From: an uncultured candidatus Porisulfidus sp.
GTDB taxonomy: Bacteria; Pseudomonadota; Gammaproteobacteria; Poriferisulfidales; Poriferisulfidaceae
Reading direction: 5' to 3'
DNA: 64,000 nt
NCBI GenBank assembly: GCA_965199755.1
Contig: CBDASZ010000002.1
Coordinates: 341,681-405,680 of the forward strand
Made by a program: the position numbers and the translations under genes. This document shows, in pieces, positions 55,368-64,000 of the stretch (positions are counted from its first letter, which is position 1; each line of letters begins with the position of its first letter). The notes beneath the pieces were generated by a model. It did not search any database, was not told the DNA's origin, and saw only the letters and a program-made list of their open reading frames with translations.

Positions 55368-55598
55368 CTAGCCGCCAGTGACAGGCGGGAAGAAGGCAAT
55401 CTCATCGCCATCCCGAATGGAAGTTTCAAGAGCAGCATAGTGGGCATTGACCGCCGCCAGCACTCTCGTGTTTGGTTCCGCAACCAGCACCGCATCCCGG
55501 ACATCTCGGACCGTCTTCAGACCATCGAGTTCCAGTTCCATGCGTTCATGTCCGATCTGTTCTCGCAGACTGGCGAAGAAACGAACGGTGATGCTCAT
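55368..55598 (-). CDS. moaD: molybdopterin synthase sulfur carrier subunit
   Basis: VRFFASLRE, AVN, GDEIAFFPPVTGG. Confidence 0.93.
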   Translation of the reverse strand: MSITVRFFASLREQIGHERMELELDGLKTVRDVRDAVLVAEPNTRVLAAVNAHYAALETSIRDGDEIAFFPPVTGG

Positions 55599-55690
55599 GG
55601 GAAAGTTGGCGCAGTGCGAATATGGACGTCATTTTACTTGGAGGATTTCAAGTAGGAATAGCGCTGAGCATTATGCTGTTGCGGGAAAAC

Positions 55691-55988
55691 ATGATTAAAA
55701 GTAAAATTTGCCAAAGATATAGGGGTAAATCCCTATTTAAGGGCTATCCAGCTAGCCCCGAAAATTTCCTCCATGCTTCCAGCCTTTTCATTGGATGCTG
55801 GTGATGCAATATGTCACTTGAAAATTGACACTCCTGCGCATCAAGGGGAGGATAGTAAAACTATTGCGATTGACTGCAACATGCACCACCCCGAACCCTT
55901 GACAGTCCCAGAACTGCAGAAATTTATAGATCGATCGCCGGAACGTCAGCAATTCATCACTGATACATTAGACAATCTGATCGGGTAA
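55691..55988 (+). pseudogene. 3' remnant of a hypothetical gene
   Basis: Two short overlapping ORFs end 1 bp before the next gene (..TIAIDCNMHH..LDNLIG*); low GC. Confidence 0.35.
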
Positions 55989-55989
55989 C

Positions 55990-56637
55990 TTGAAAATGAA
56001 TACTTTTGCCATAAGTTCAGAAAACACTTCATTCTCCCAGCCGGCGCAGGAAAGAGGGGCGTCACCTCAAGACACCTTTGCCTCCGACACTAAACCCTTG
56101 AATGATCCTATATTGGATTCAACAAAGCACCTCGGACTTCTGCTGGAGGCATACCCAAATTTTGGTGCGACCAACACATTCTCACAACTGAATGAGGACT
56201 ACCGGAAGAAACAAATCAGTGCTGCCGACACCATTGAGGCTATCGCCCATGCGCTAGAAACTCTTGAACTCAACGCCGTTTCCAAACGCCTTGGTTACCT
56301 CAACAGTGTCTGTGATGATGACGATCCCGATCAGGCACCCTTCAATATTGATTCAGTCCGTTCCTTTGCGCTTTTCATGGTGGAAAGTTATAAATTTATT
56401 CCCACTCCTAAGCTGGGAATACGGCCAGATGGTGCCCTACAGGCATATTGGAGGTTTGGCGAAGACCATTCGGCTGTAATGGACTTTTTCCCTGAAGATA
56501 AAATTGGCTTACTGGCAATGTCATCTGGTCTATCTCAGCCTCAAGTCGAGAATGTGCGCGTGAATGACACTCTCCCGAAAGATCTTGCGACGATCCATTT
56601 CATGCAGTTTGCCCAGTCTGTGCTTTCCTCCTCATGA
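55990..56637 (+). CDS. hypothetical protein (possible antitoxin/immunity-like)
   Basis: 215-aa ORF with RL.YL..DDD...NIDSV..F..F..PTP.LGIRPDGALQAYW; stop overlaps the next start (ATGA). Confidence 0.65.
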   Translation: MKMNTFAISSENTSFSQPAQERGASPQDTFASDTKPLNDPILDSTKHLGLLLEAYPNFGATNTFSQLNEDYRKKQISAADTIEAIAHALETLELNAVSKRLGYLNSVCDDDDPDQAPFNIDSVRSFALFMVESYKFIPTPKLGIRPDGALQAYWRFGEDHSAVMDFFPEDKIGLLAMSSGLSQPQVENVRVNDTLPKDLATIHFMQFAQSVLSSS

Positions 56638-57051
56638 CGGGAAAGGCTTTACCGGATGATGATCACATTTCGCGGTATTGCAAACCCTCTGATATCGAAG
56701 ATGGCTTTCCTGTGCCAACAGCATTTTTGCCACGAGTACAAGAAGAATATCTTTCAGTAAATTGGCTTGAATATCTAAAAGAGCCCAACGACCAAGACCT
56801 TAAGCGCTGCTGTTGACCGCGTTCGGAAAAACTTCACAGAGAAAGGAATACTAAAACTCAGAAAGAATGGCCGCATCGTGCAACTTAATGCTGGAAGTAT
56901 CAGAAATCATCTGCCGGGGCAACTTCAGATAGACATCATTCACCAGCCCACGAAAGAGGACAAATCCCATAGTGGAATATTCGGATATGGCACTGAGGAG
57001 CGCAACCGTTTAATTTGGGAATCATGTAGCAAAATCAGCAGGACTACGTAG
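56634..57051 (+). pseudogene. frameshifted hypothetical protein, possibly of ADP-ribosyltransferase-like fold
   Basis: HISRYCKP..AFLPR..EEYLSVNWLEYL, then after a frameshift near 56800 LSAAVDRVR..GRIVQLNAG..IIHQP..DKSHSGIFGY. Confidence 0.55.
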
Positions 57052-57507
57052 TGATACCGAACCAGCCTTGGCTAGACGGCTTCAACGTTTCGGAAGGCTA
57101 TATTCGGCAGTTTGTCGCGATGCCGCTGGGTGACGACTTCACCGCCGAATAGCAAATTACGGGCAAGGCTGAACATGGCCCCAAGTATGGGACTGGCACC
57201 CGGTGGTCTCATGCGACAACGAATTTATGAGGACCATTACGGCATTGAAGCATGGGACCAAGACAACGGTTCCAGATGCTTCACCCATTTGCTCAATAGT
57301 GTGCAATACATGGCAATCACGGGGAAGCAACCGCCACACAAGCCGCCAACTGCAACTGGCTACACGAGTGCCGGACTACCTTGGTTTGACTACTATGACG
57401 ACAGCAAAGCACTTGCTGGCTCTAACAAACCAAGCAAGTTGACAAGTGTTGCGGCAAAGGTGATTGAGAAAGGTAAGGGGCCGCTACCAGACAACGACCC
57501 GGTTTAA
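57030..57507 (+). pseudogene. fragment of a conserved hypothetical gene (QPWLDG / RQFVAMPLG / GLPWFDYY family)
   Basis: QDYVVIPNQPWLDGF..IRQFVAMPLG..TAE*QITG (internal stop), then a frame change to MGLAPGGLMRQRIYED..GLPWFDYYD. Confidence 0.65.
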
Positions 57508-58039
57508 CCTAAGCTTGTGAAGGATCTCCATATAGGTACGGCGGGCCGAGGTGGGGAGTTCTGAGGAAATCACCTCCTCGAATCTAGGAGCGTTCATGGG
57601 AAATCCGTAAGACTTTGCCTATTTATTGGTAGGATGCCAGAAGCATATTAAAAACCTAGCACACAGTATATAATTGCCACAAATTTTAATGAACGGACTT
57701 TGCGTGACAGAACTATCATGTGAAGGAATTACAACCGCAAATGAGGCGGGATACTATCAACCTGAAGTCAGTCTTAGTGTGCACGGGTCAATTGACGTGG
57801 TCGTCAAAATCTTTGCACGGAGGCAGAAGAACTGGAAGTCGATAAATGGACATGTGGAAGGTGAGATGCTTGAGGCAAAGTGATGTCAGACATCTTGGAA
57901 ACCCTAAAGTGGAATTAGCTGCTTTGTGCTCTCCAAAGTACCGGTGCAACTTGGCCCGCTTTCCACGATTTCTCGACATTTTCAAAACGAGTTGTCTTGT
58001 GGACGCATGACATCGCGTACGAAGCACAGTAGTAAAGAT

Positions 58040-61000
58040 ATGAGCCGCGCACCTAGTCAACACAACGACACCAAACTTAGGGCGGGTGACCTCACAGACC
58101 CAAGTAATGAAGCTATCGTTGATAACCGTAGTTGCAAAGTAGGAGATTTCCTACGGCGCAATATCAAAGCGGAAACAGATCTAGCAATCGTCTCGGCTTA
58201 TTTCACGATCTACGCTTATGAAGCGTTGCGTGATGAGCTCGAGCAAGCTGGAACAACGCGCTTTCTCTATGGCGACCCCACAGCGACTAGTACACCAGAT
58301 ACCGGGGACGATTCAGTCAAATCCTTCAAGCTAAATGAAGAGGGAAACATGGAACTGCAACAGGCACTCAAGCAGAAATTGTTGGCCCGCGCCTGTGAAA
58401 AATGGATCCAACAGAAAGTTGAAATCCGAACAATTAAACAAGCCAATTTTCTGCACGGCAAGCTTTATCATGCCTCGCAAGGGAGTGAAGTCGCGGCTTT
58501 AACCGGCAGTTCCAACTTCACTTTGCGCGGACTTGGCTTCGGTGCTACCCCAAATGTTGAACTCAACATGAATGTGCGCAACACGGAAGACCGCACAGCA
58601 CTAATCAACTGGTTTAACAACTTGTGGGCTGACGAAAACTTGACTAGCGATGCCAAAGACGAAGTCATCGCGGCACTTGAACGCTTGAGTCAGCCTTATG
58701 CACCTGAGTTCGTCTATTACAAGACGCTTTTCCATGTTTTCGAGGAACGGCTAAAACAACATGAGGAGCATGAAGGAATACTTGACTCTATCGACCTTCG
58801 AGACACGGAAGTCTGGAAGAAGCTCTATGACTTCCAGAGGCATGGCGTAATCAGAGCAATTAACTGCCTTGGACGCCACAATGGTTGCATCGTTGCAGAC
58901 AGTGTTGGCCTCGGAAAAACATGGACGGCCCTAGCGGTTATCAAGTTTTTCGAACTGCGAAACGAGCGAGTTCTCGTGCTTTGTCCCAAAAGACTGAAAG
59001 ATAACTGGGTGCGCTATACAGCTCGTGCAGCATCGCGGCACAATCCTTTTGATAAGGATCGTTTGAACTACGTAGTTCTAGCGCACACGGACCTGAGTCG
59101 TTATGAAGGTCATGCCGAAGGCATTGATCTAACCCAATTTAACTGGGGCGCGTTTGATCTTGTGGTTATTGATGAATCCCATAATTTCCGCAATCAGGGC
59201 CAAGATCGTTACGATGAAAACAATAACCTTGTCAGCCGCAGTCGCTACAACCGCTTGCTGGAAGAAGTTCTGAAAGAAGGAGCAAAGAGCAAAGTTCTTC
59301 TGTTGTCGGCGACACCCGTCAACACCAGCCTGCAAGACCTTCGAAACCAAATCTACTTAATAACCCAAAAGAATCAGAACACGTTCCGTAAAACGCTCGG
59401 AATCGGCAGTATACAATCAACCTTCGCCGCCGCAGAACGCGAATTCAAAAAATGGGATGACGCACGTCGCTCTGGCGAGAACCTAGGCAAGACCGATCTT
59501 CTAAAAAAGTTAGGAGCAGGTTTTCTAACATTGCTAGACACAATTTCATTTGCGCGTTCGCGCACTCATCTTACTCGTTACTATTCGAAGGAAACGGATA
59601 AAATTGGCGGATTCCCCAAGCGAGAAAAACCTCGAAACCTGTATCCCGAAACTGACCGTTACGGCGAACTACCCTACGACGAACTTCATCAGAGCATCGG
59701 GGAGTTCCGACTCGCAGTCTACATGCCGTCGCAATATTTGAAGGACACATCAAGCTTGGAGCGAGAAAAGGCAGAATTGAATTTCGACCAGCGCGATCGG
59801 GAGAATTCCTTGATCAGCATGTTGCGCGTGAATCTTCTGAAGCGCCTTGAAAGTTCGGTGCATGCCTTCAGACTTACGTTGGAGCGCATTCTGGAAAAGA
59901 TGGAAAAATATGATCAGAACATTGAAAGGCTACGGAAGTCTGCTAGCACGGAGGACATTGACTTCCAACCTGACGACGATGAGGAGGATGAAGAGTTCGA
60001 AATTGGAAAGGCCCAAGTCTACCGTCTGGACGAACTCCACGTTGATCGTCTACAAGAAGATCTTCGTGAAGATCGGCAGGTTTTAGAGAAATTGCTTCAG
60101 CGGGCTAAAAAGGTTGAAGTTGAGCGCGATCAAAAACTTGCAGAATTAAAACAGGAATTGGAACATAAAGTGAAGGAACCACCTCGTGACAAGGACAATC
60201 GTGCAAACCGCAAGGTCATAGTATTCACCACCTTCGCTGATACCGCATGCTATCTGTACGACAATCTTAAACAGTGGGTGCGTGATGAGCTCAATGTTCA
60301 TATTGCTCTAGTAACCGGTGGCGACCGCAATCAAAGCACTACGGGGGCATCACAGTTCATGGACATCCTGTCGCAATTCGCTCCGCAGGCGCAAAACGCC
60401 AGTATTGAGGATGGAAAAATTGATATCGTGATTGCCACCGACTGTCTCTCTGAAGGCCAGAATCTTCAAGATTGCGATCTGGTGGTGAATTACGACATTC
60501 ACTGGAATCCGGTTCGATTGATGCAACGTTTTGGCAGGATTGACCGCCTTGGCAGTCGCAACCTGAAGGTGCAGATGGTCAATTTCTGGCCGACAAAAGA
60601 CCTTGATCAATATCTGGACCTGAAAAATCGGGTCGAAGCGCGCATGGTGCTAGCGGATGTGACTGCGACAGGTCTTGATGACCCTCTCAACCAAGACACT
60701 CGAACAGAGATCGAACAGAGGAATGCGGCTCAAATGGAACTCACCTTTCGCGACGAACAGTTGAAACGTATACAAGAAGAGAGTTTTGAGATTGAAGAAA
60801 CTGATGACAGCATCAACCTGAGCGACTTCACACTAGATGACTTTATTGCAGACCTCTTAAACTATATCCAACAGCACAAAGCTACCCTTGAAGCCGCACC
60901 GTTCGGTATACACGCAATTGTGGATAACGGCACTTCAGCAAAAGCACAGTCCGCCCAAATTCAACCTGGCGTAATCTTTTGTCTGAAACGTAGCGATAAG

Positions 61001-61381
61001 CCGAATGCCTCTACCCCGAACCGTCTCTGGCCTTACTTCCTTATCTATATCCAGAACGATGGCAGTGTGCGCTATACCTTCCAACAAACCCATCAGTGCC
61101 TAGCTCTATTTCGAGACCTTGCCGCTAAACAACCTGACGTTTTTCAGGTATTAGAAGATGCTTTCGATCATGAAACGCAACAAGGAAGGCGTATGAAAAA
61201 ATACGACGCACTGCTTTCCACGGCGTTACAAAACATCACCAGTACGTTCAAGGATGCAGAACTTAGCGGGCTCGTTCGAGGCCGCGATTCCAAACTGACA
61301 AAGAAGCCATCACGGCCAGATCCTGCAAGAGACTTTACCTTGGTGACATGGCTAATAATCGCACAGAAAGAGACTGAATAA
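58040..61381 (+). CDS. PLD(HKD)-nuclease - SNF2/SF2 helicase fusion
   Basis: SAYFTIY, FLHGKLY..TGSSNFT..N.ELN (PLD); ADSVGLGKT, IDESHNFRN, LSATPVN, KRLESS, SEGQNLQ, WNPVRLMQRFGRIDR. Start codon uncertain (58007 or 58040). Confidence 0.92.
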   Translation: MSRAPSQHNDTKLRAGDLTDPSNEAIVDNRSCKVGDFLRRNIKAETDLAIVSAYFTIYAYEALRDELEQAGTTRFLYGDPTATSTPDTGDDSVKSFKLNEEGNMELQQALKQKLLARACEKWIQQKVEIRTIKQANFLHGKLYHASQGSEVAALTGSSNFTLRGLGFGATPNVELNMNVRNTEDRTALINWFNNLWADENLTSDAKDEVIAALERLSQPYAPEFVYYKTLFHVFEERLKQHEEHEGILDSIDLRDTEVWKKLYDFQRHGVIRAINCLGRHNGCIVADSVGLGKTWTALAVIKFFELRNERVLVLCPKRLKDNWVRYTARAASRHNPFDKDRLNYVVLAHTDLSRYEGHAEGIDLTQFNWGAFDLVVIDESHNFRNQGQDRYDENNNLVSRSRYNRLLEEVLKEGAKSKVLLLSATPVNTSLQDLRNQIYLITQKNQNTFRKTLGIGSIQSTFAAAEREFKKWDDARRSGENLGKTDLLKKLGAGFLTLLDTISFARSRTHLTRYYSKETDKIGGFPKREKPRNLYPETDRYGELPYDELHQSIGEFRLAVYMPSQYLKDTSSLEREKAELNFDQRDRENSLISMLRVNLLKRLESSVHAFRLTLERILEKMEKYDQNIERLRKSASTEDIDFQPDDDEEDEEFEIGKAQVYRLDELHVDRLQEDLREDRQVLEKLLQRAKKVEVERDQKLAELKQELEHKVKEPPRDKDNRANRKVIVFTTFADTACYLYDNLKQWVRDELNVHIALVTGGDRNQSTTGASQFMDILSQFAPQAQNASIEDGKIDIVIATDCLSEGQNLQDCDLVVNYDIHWNPVRLMQRFGRIDRLGSRNLKVQMVNFWPTKDLDQYLDLKNRVEARMVLADVTATGLDDPLNQDTRTEIEQRNAAQMELTFRDEQLKRIQEESFEIEETDDSINLSDFTLDDFIADLLNYIQQHKATLEAAPFGIHAIVDNGTSAKAQSAQIQPGVIFCLKRSDKPNASTPNRLWPYFLIYIQNDGSVRYTFQQTHQCLALFRDLAAKQPDVFQVLEDAFDHETQQGRRMKKYDALLSTALQNITSTFKDAELSGLVRGRDSKLTKKPSRPDPARDFTLVTWLIIAQKETE

Positions 61382-61386
61382 AAGTA

Positions 61387-64000
61387 ATGGCTGACCAAGC
61401 ACTACGCCAAAAAATAACTAGAGCACTTTCCGAGTTTGCAGGCGAGACACCGTTACGCGAAGGCGCAAAGAACCTACTAAATGCTCTCGGCTATGCCAGC
61501 AATCGAACGGAGGAGGGTAGCGTCCTAGATTTTTTAATAAGTCTCATCTACGAAAAGGGATTGACCGACAGGCAGAACAAATTATTCGATGCGTTTTCCA
61601 ACGTGGAAATTGTATTCCAATTCACTGATGATGAGATCACTAGTGAAGATTTGCCTTCTGACGATCCCGGCTTCGAGAATGAACGGGTCGAATCCTTCCT
61701 GTTTCTAGCGGTGGATATGCACCCGCGCACATACTCCCGTACGGATTTAGCCGATACAACACGCACTATCAATCTGCTCTTCAGCATGCCCGCCATTGTT
61801 CTGTTCCGCCACGGAACAACCCTGACACTGGCTACCATTCACCGGCGCCGCAACAAACATGACGAGGACCGAGACGTACTAGAAAAGGTAACGCTGATTA
61901 AGGATGTCCATTTTAGTAAACCGCACCGCGCCCACATCAATATTCTGGTCGAACTTTCCATCAAGAAAATGATTGATGCAAAAGTACGCAACTTCGATGA
62001 TCTGCATAAGAAATGGGAGCAGGTGCTTGATATCAAAAATCTGAATAAGCACTTTTACGACAAACTGTTCCGCTGGTTCGAAAGGGCTGTCGAGGAATGT
62101 ACCTTCCCAAACGATGGCGTGGGAAATGGCTCTAACGAGCAACATGTTATCCGGTTAATCACCCGGCTCCTCTTTATATGGTTTCTAAAAGAGAAAGATC
62201 TAGTTCCAGAGAAATTATTTGAAGAAGACTTCGCCCGCTTGACACTCAAAGACTACGCGCCGGACAGAACGGACTACTACCGCGTAGTTTTGCAGAACTT
62301 GTTCTTTGCTACTCTGAACACGGAGATCAACGAACGATCTTTTGGAAACAGAGACGACCCAGAGCACCTAAAGCTAAGCAAATATCTCTACCGCGACCTC
62401 TTACGCGACCCAGATAGTTTCTTCAAAGAGTTTGAGAAAGTTCCATTCGTCAATGGCGGACTGTTCGACTGCCTAGACAATTTTGCGGGCACCAACGCAG
62501 ATCACAAGCTAGTCGATGTCTTTACAGATGATCCTGTTCTCTGGGAAAACTTGTGCGTACCTGCGTACCTGTTTCTTGACTCCCGCGATGGCCTGTTTGC
62601 GATCTTCCACCAGTACAAGTTCACTATTGAGGAGAGCACACCGCTTGACCAAGAAGTTGCTCTTGACCCTGAACTTCTTGGTCGCGTGTTCGAAAACCTA
62701 CTCGCTGCTTACAATCCTGAGACTCAACAAACGGCTCGCAAAGCTACCGGTTCCTATTACACACCACCACCAGTAGTCGATTACATGGTCCGGAAAACCC
62801 TTGTCAAAGCCCTAGCATCCATCGGCAAACCGGCAGACAGCGACATCGCGTCTTGGCACGAAAAACTAGAGCACCTTCTTGACCATTCGGATCCAATGGA
62901 CGATGCCAGTCAGCACTTCAAAGAAGCAGAAAGGCAAACCGCCGTACGGAATATCGCAGAGATCCGTGCACTTGACCCAGCAGTTGGCTCGGGGGCTTTC
63001 CCAATGGCTATACTGCAAACCCTCACCCTAGCACTGCGCCGTCTTGACCCGAACAACGAACTTTGGGAAGAAGTTCAAAAGGAATGTGCCAGGAAAAAGA
63101 CCAAAAAAGCTTTTGAAACATCAGACCGAGCATCAAGAGATAATGTTCTGAAAGAGATTAGTTCTACATTTGAAAATTATCGACAGTCTGATTACGGCCG
63201 AAAACTTTACCTCATCCAGAATTGTATCTATGGCGTAGATATCCAACCCATTGCCTGCCAAATCGCTAAGTTGCGTTTCTTTATATCGCTTATCATTGAG
63301 CAGACCCCCAATCCTAATATGTCAAATATCGGAATACAACCTCTCCCAAACTTGGATACGCGCCTGCTCACTGCTGATAGCTTGCTTAAACTGGAACAGT
63401 CAGCACAGATGGGTCTCGAAGAAACAGACGATGCCCTGAAACTTAAACAAGAATTGAGAAATAACCGAGAACGTTATTTCCATGCTAGGGGTCGAGCAGA
63501 GAAATTAAAAATACAAGGGGAAGATAAACGACTACGCACTGAGTTAACGGAATACTTGCGGAAGGCTGGCTTCTCAACCCGTGATATCGAATGTATCGCA
63601 AATTGGGACCCCTACGATCAAAATGCCATCGCTCAGTGGTTCGACCCAAAATATATGTTTGACATAGACGTAAAGAGCCGAGATGGCTTTGACATCGTTA
63701 TCGGTAATCCACCATATATTCAATTGCAGAAAGATGGCGGCCAGATTGGGAAACGCTACCAAGCACAGGGCTATTTGACCTTTCAGAGAACGGGTGATAT
63801 CTATCAGATTTTCTATGAGCGCGGTTGCGAACTGCTCAAGCCCCAAACGGGTATATTGGCCTACATCACCTCTAACAAATGGATGCGCGCCGCTTACGGC
63901 GAAAAACTGCGCCGTTTCTTTCTCAAAAAGAATCCACTCATGCTAGTTGACCTCGGTTCAGGCGTTTTCACTGCCACAGTGGACACCAACATTCTCCTGC
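61387..64000 (+). CDS. Eco57I/type IIG-like N6-adenine restriction-modification protein (runs off the window; absent from the supplied ORF track)
   Basis: Open frame from ATG 61387 (MADQALRQK). Motifs IRLITRLLFIWFLKEK, VPFVNGGLF, ALDPELLGRVFENLLA, GSYYTP, LDPAVGSGAF (motif I), IYGVDIQ and GFDIVIGNPPY (motif IV, ~63706). Confidence 0.92.
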   Translation, partial: MADQALRQKITRALSEFAGETPLREGAKNLLNALGYASNRTEEGSVLDFLISLIYEKGLTDRQNKLFDAFSNVEIVFQFTDDEITSEDLPSDDPGFENERVESFLFLAVDMHPRTYSRTDLADTTRTINLLFSMPAIVLFRHGTTLTLATIHRRRNKHDEDRDVLEKVTLIKDVHFSKPHRAHINILVELSIKKMIDAKVRNFDDLHKKWEQVLDIKNLNKHFYDKLFRWFERAVEECTFPNDGVGNGSNEQHVIRLITRLLFIWFLKEKDLVPEKLFEEDFARLTLKDYAPDRTDYYRVVLQNLFFATLNTEINERSFGNRDDPEHLKLSKYLYRDLLRDPDSFFKEFEKVPFVNGGLFDCLDNFAGTNADHKLVDVFTDDPVLWENLCVPAYLFLDSRDGLFAIFHQYKFTIEESTPLDQEVALDPELLGRVFENLLAAYNPETQQTARKATGSYYTPPPVVDYMVRKTLVKALASIGKPADSDIASWHEKLEHLLDHSDPMDDASQHFKEAERQTAVRNIAEIRALDPAVGSGAFPMAILQTLTLALRRLDPNNELWEEVQKECARKKTKKAFETSDRASRDNVLKEISSTFENYRQSDYGRKLYLIQNCIYGVDIQPIACQIAKLRFFISLIIEQTPNPNMSNIGIQPLPNLDTRLLTADSLLKLEQSAQMGLEETDDALKLKQELRNNRERYFHARGRAEKLKIQGEDKRLRTELTEYLRKAGFSTRDIECIANWDPYDQNAIAQWFDPKYMFDIDVKSRDGFDIVIGNPPYIQLQKDGGQIGKRYQAQGYLTFQRTGDIYQIFYERGCELLKPQTGILAYITSNKWMRAAYGEKLRRFFLKKNPLMLVDLGSGVFTATVDTNILL

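Noticed and set aside
57674-57883. 69-aa ORF upstream of the helicase
   Set aside because: Short, non-ATG start and no recognisable motif; cannot be supported as a gene.
51991-57900. tRNA-Asn as the attachment site of the right-hand island
   Set aside because: No integrase and no duplicated tRNA 3' end. The foreign-looking genes lie on the tRNA 5' side, with core genes hppA and moaD in between.

Overview
A GC-rich gammaproteobacterial chromosomal segment. The housekeeping backbone is waaA, kdkA, htpG, nadA, priA, tupBCA, ubiI/ubiH-pepP-proB-obgE-rpmA-rplU, trpEGD/C, bioA, rpoH, amgK-murU, pncC, phoBR, pstCAB, yggX, mazG, galU, tRNA-Asn, hppA and moaD. Several lower-GC defence or mobile inserts interrupt it: an IS1595 remnant with an adjacent methyltransferase-HNH gene, a PmeII-like R-M pair inside the trp operon, a MunI-like R-M pair, an Hhe-type helicase-nuclease, a decayed three-gene module and a PLD-SNF2 helicase plus Eco57I-like methyltransferase that runs off the right end. 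The most unusual observations are: (1) the methyltransferase-HNH gene is split by a ~1 kb internal inversion bounded by a 10-bp inverted repeat, GATTAGAAAT; (2) a tandemly duplicated alanine/glycine:cation symporter whose second copy is fused in frame to NadC; (3) restriction nucleases are repeatedly inactivated while their methyltransferases stay open; (4) a DARS/oriC-like DnaA-box region upstream of priA; (5) a PCuAC-like protein without copper ligands heading the tungstate ABC operon. No CRISPR array or rRNA was seen. All family assignments come from motif recognition by eye, without database searches.
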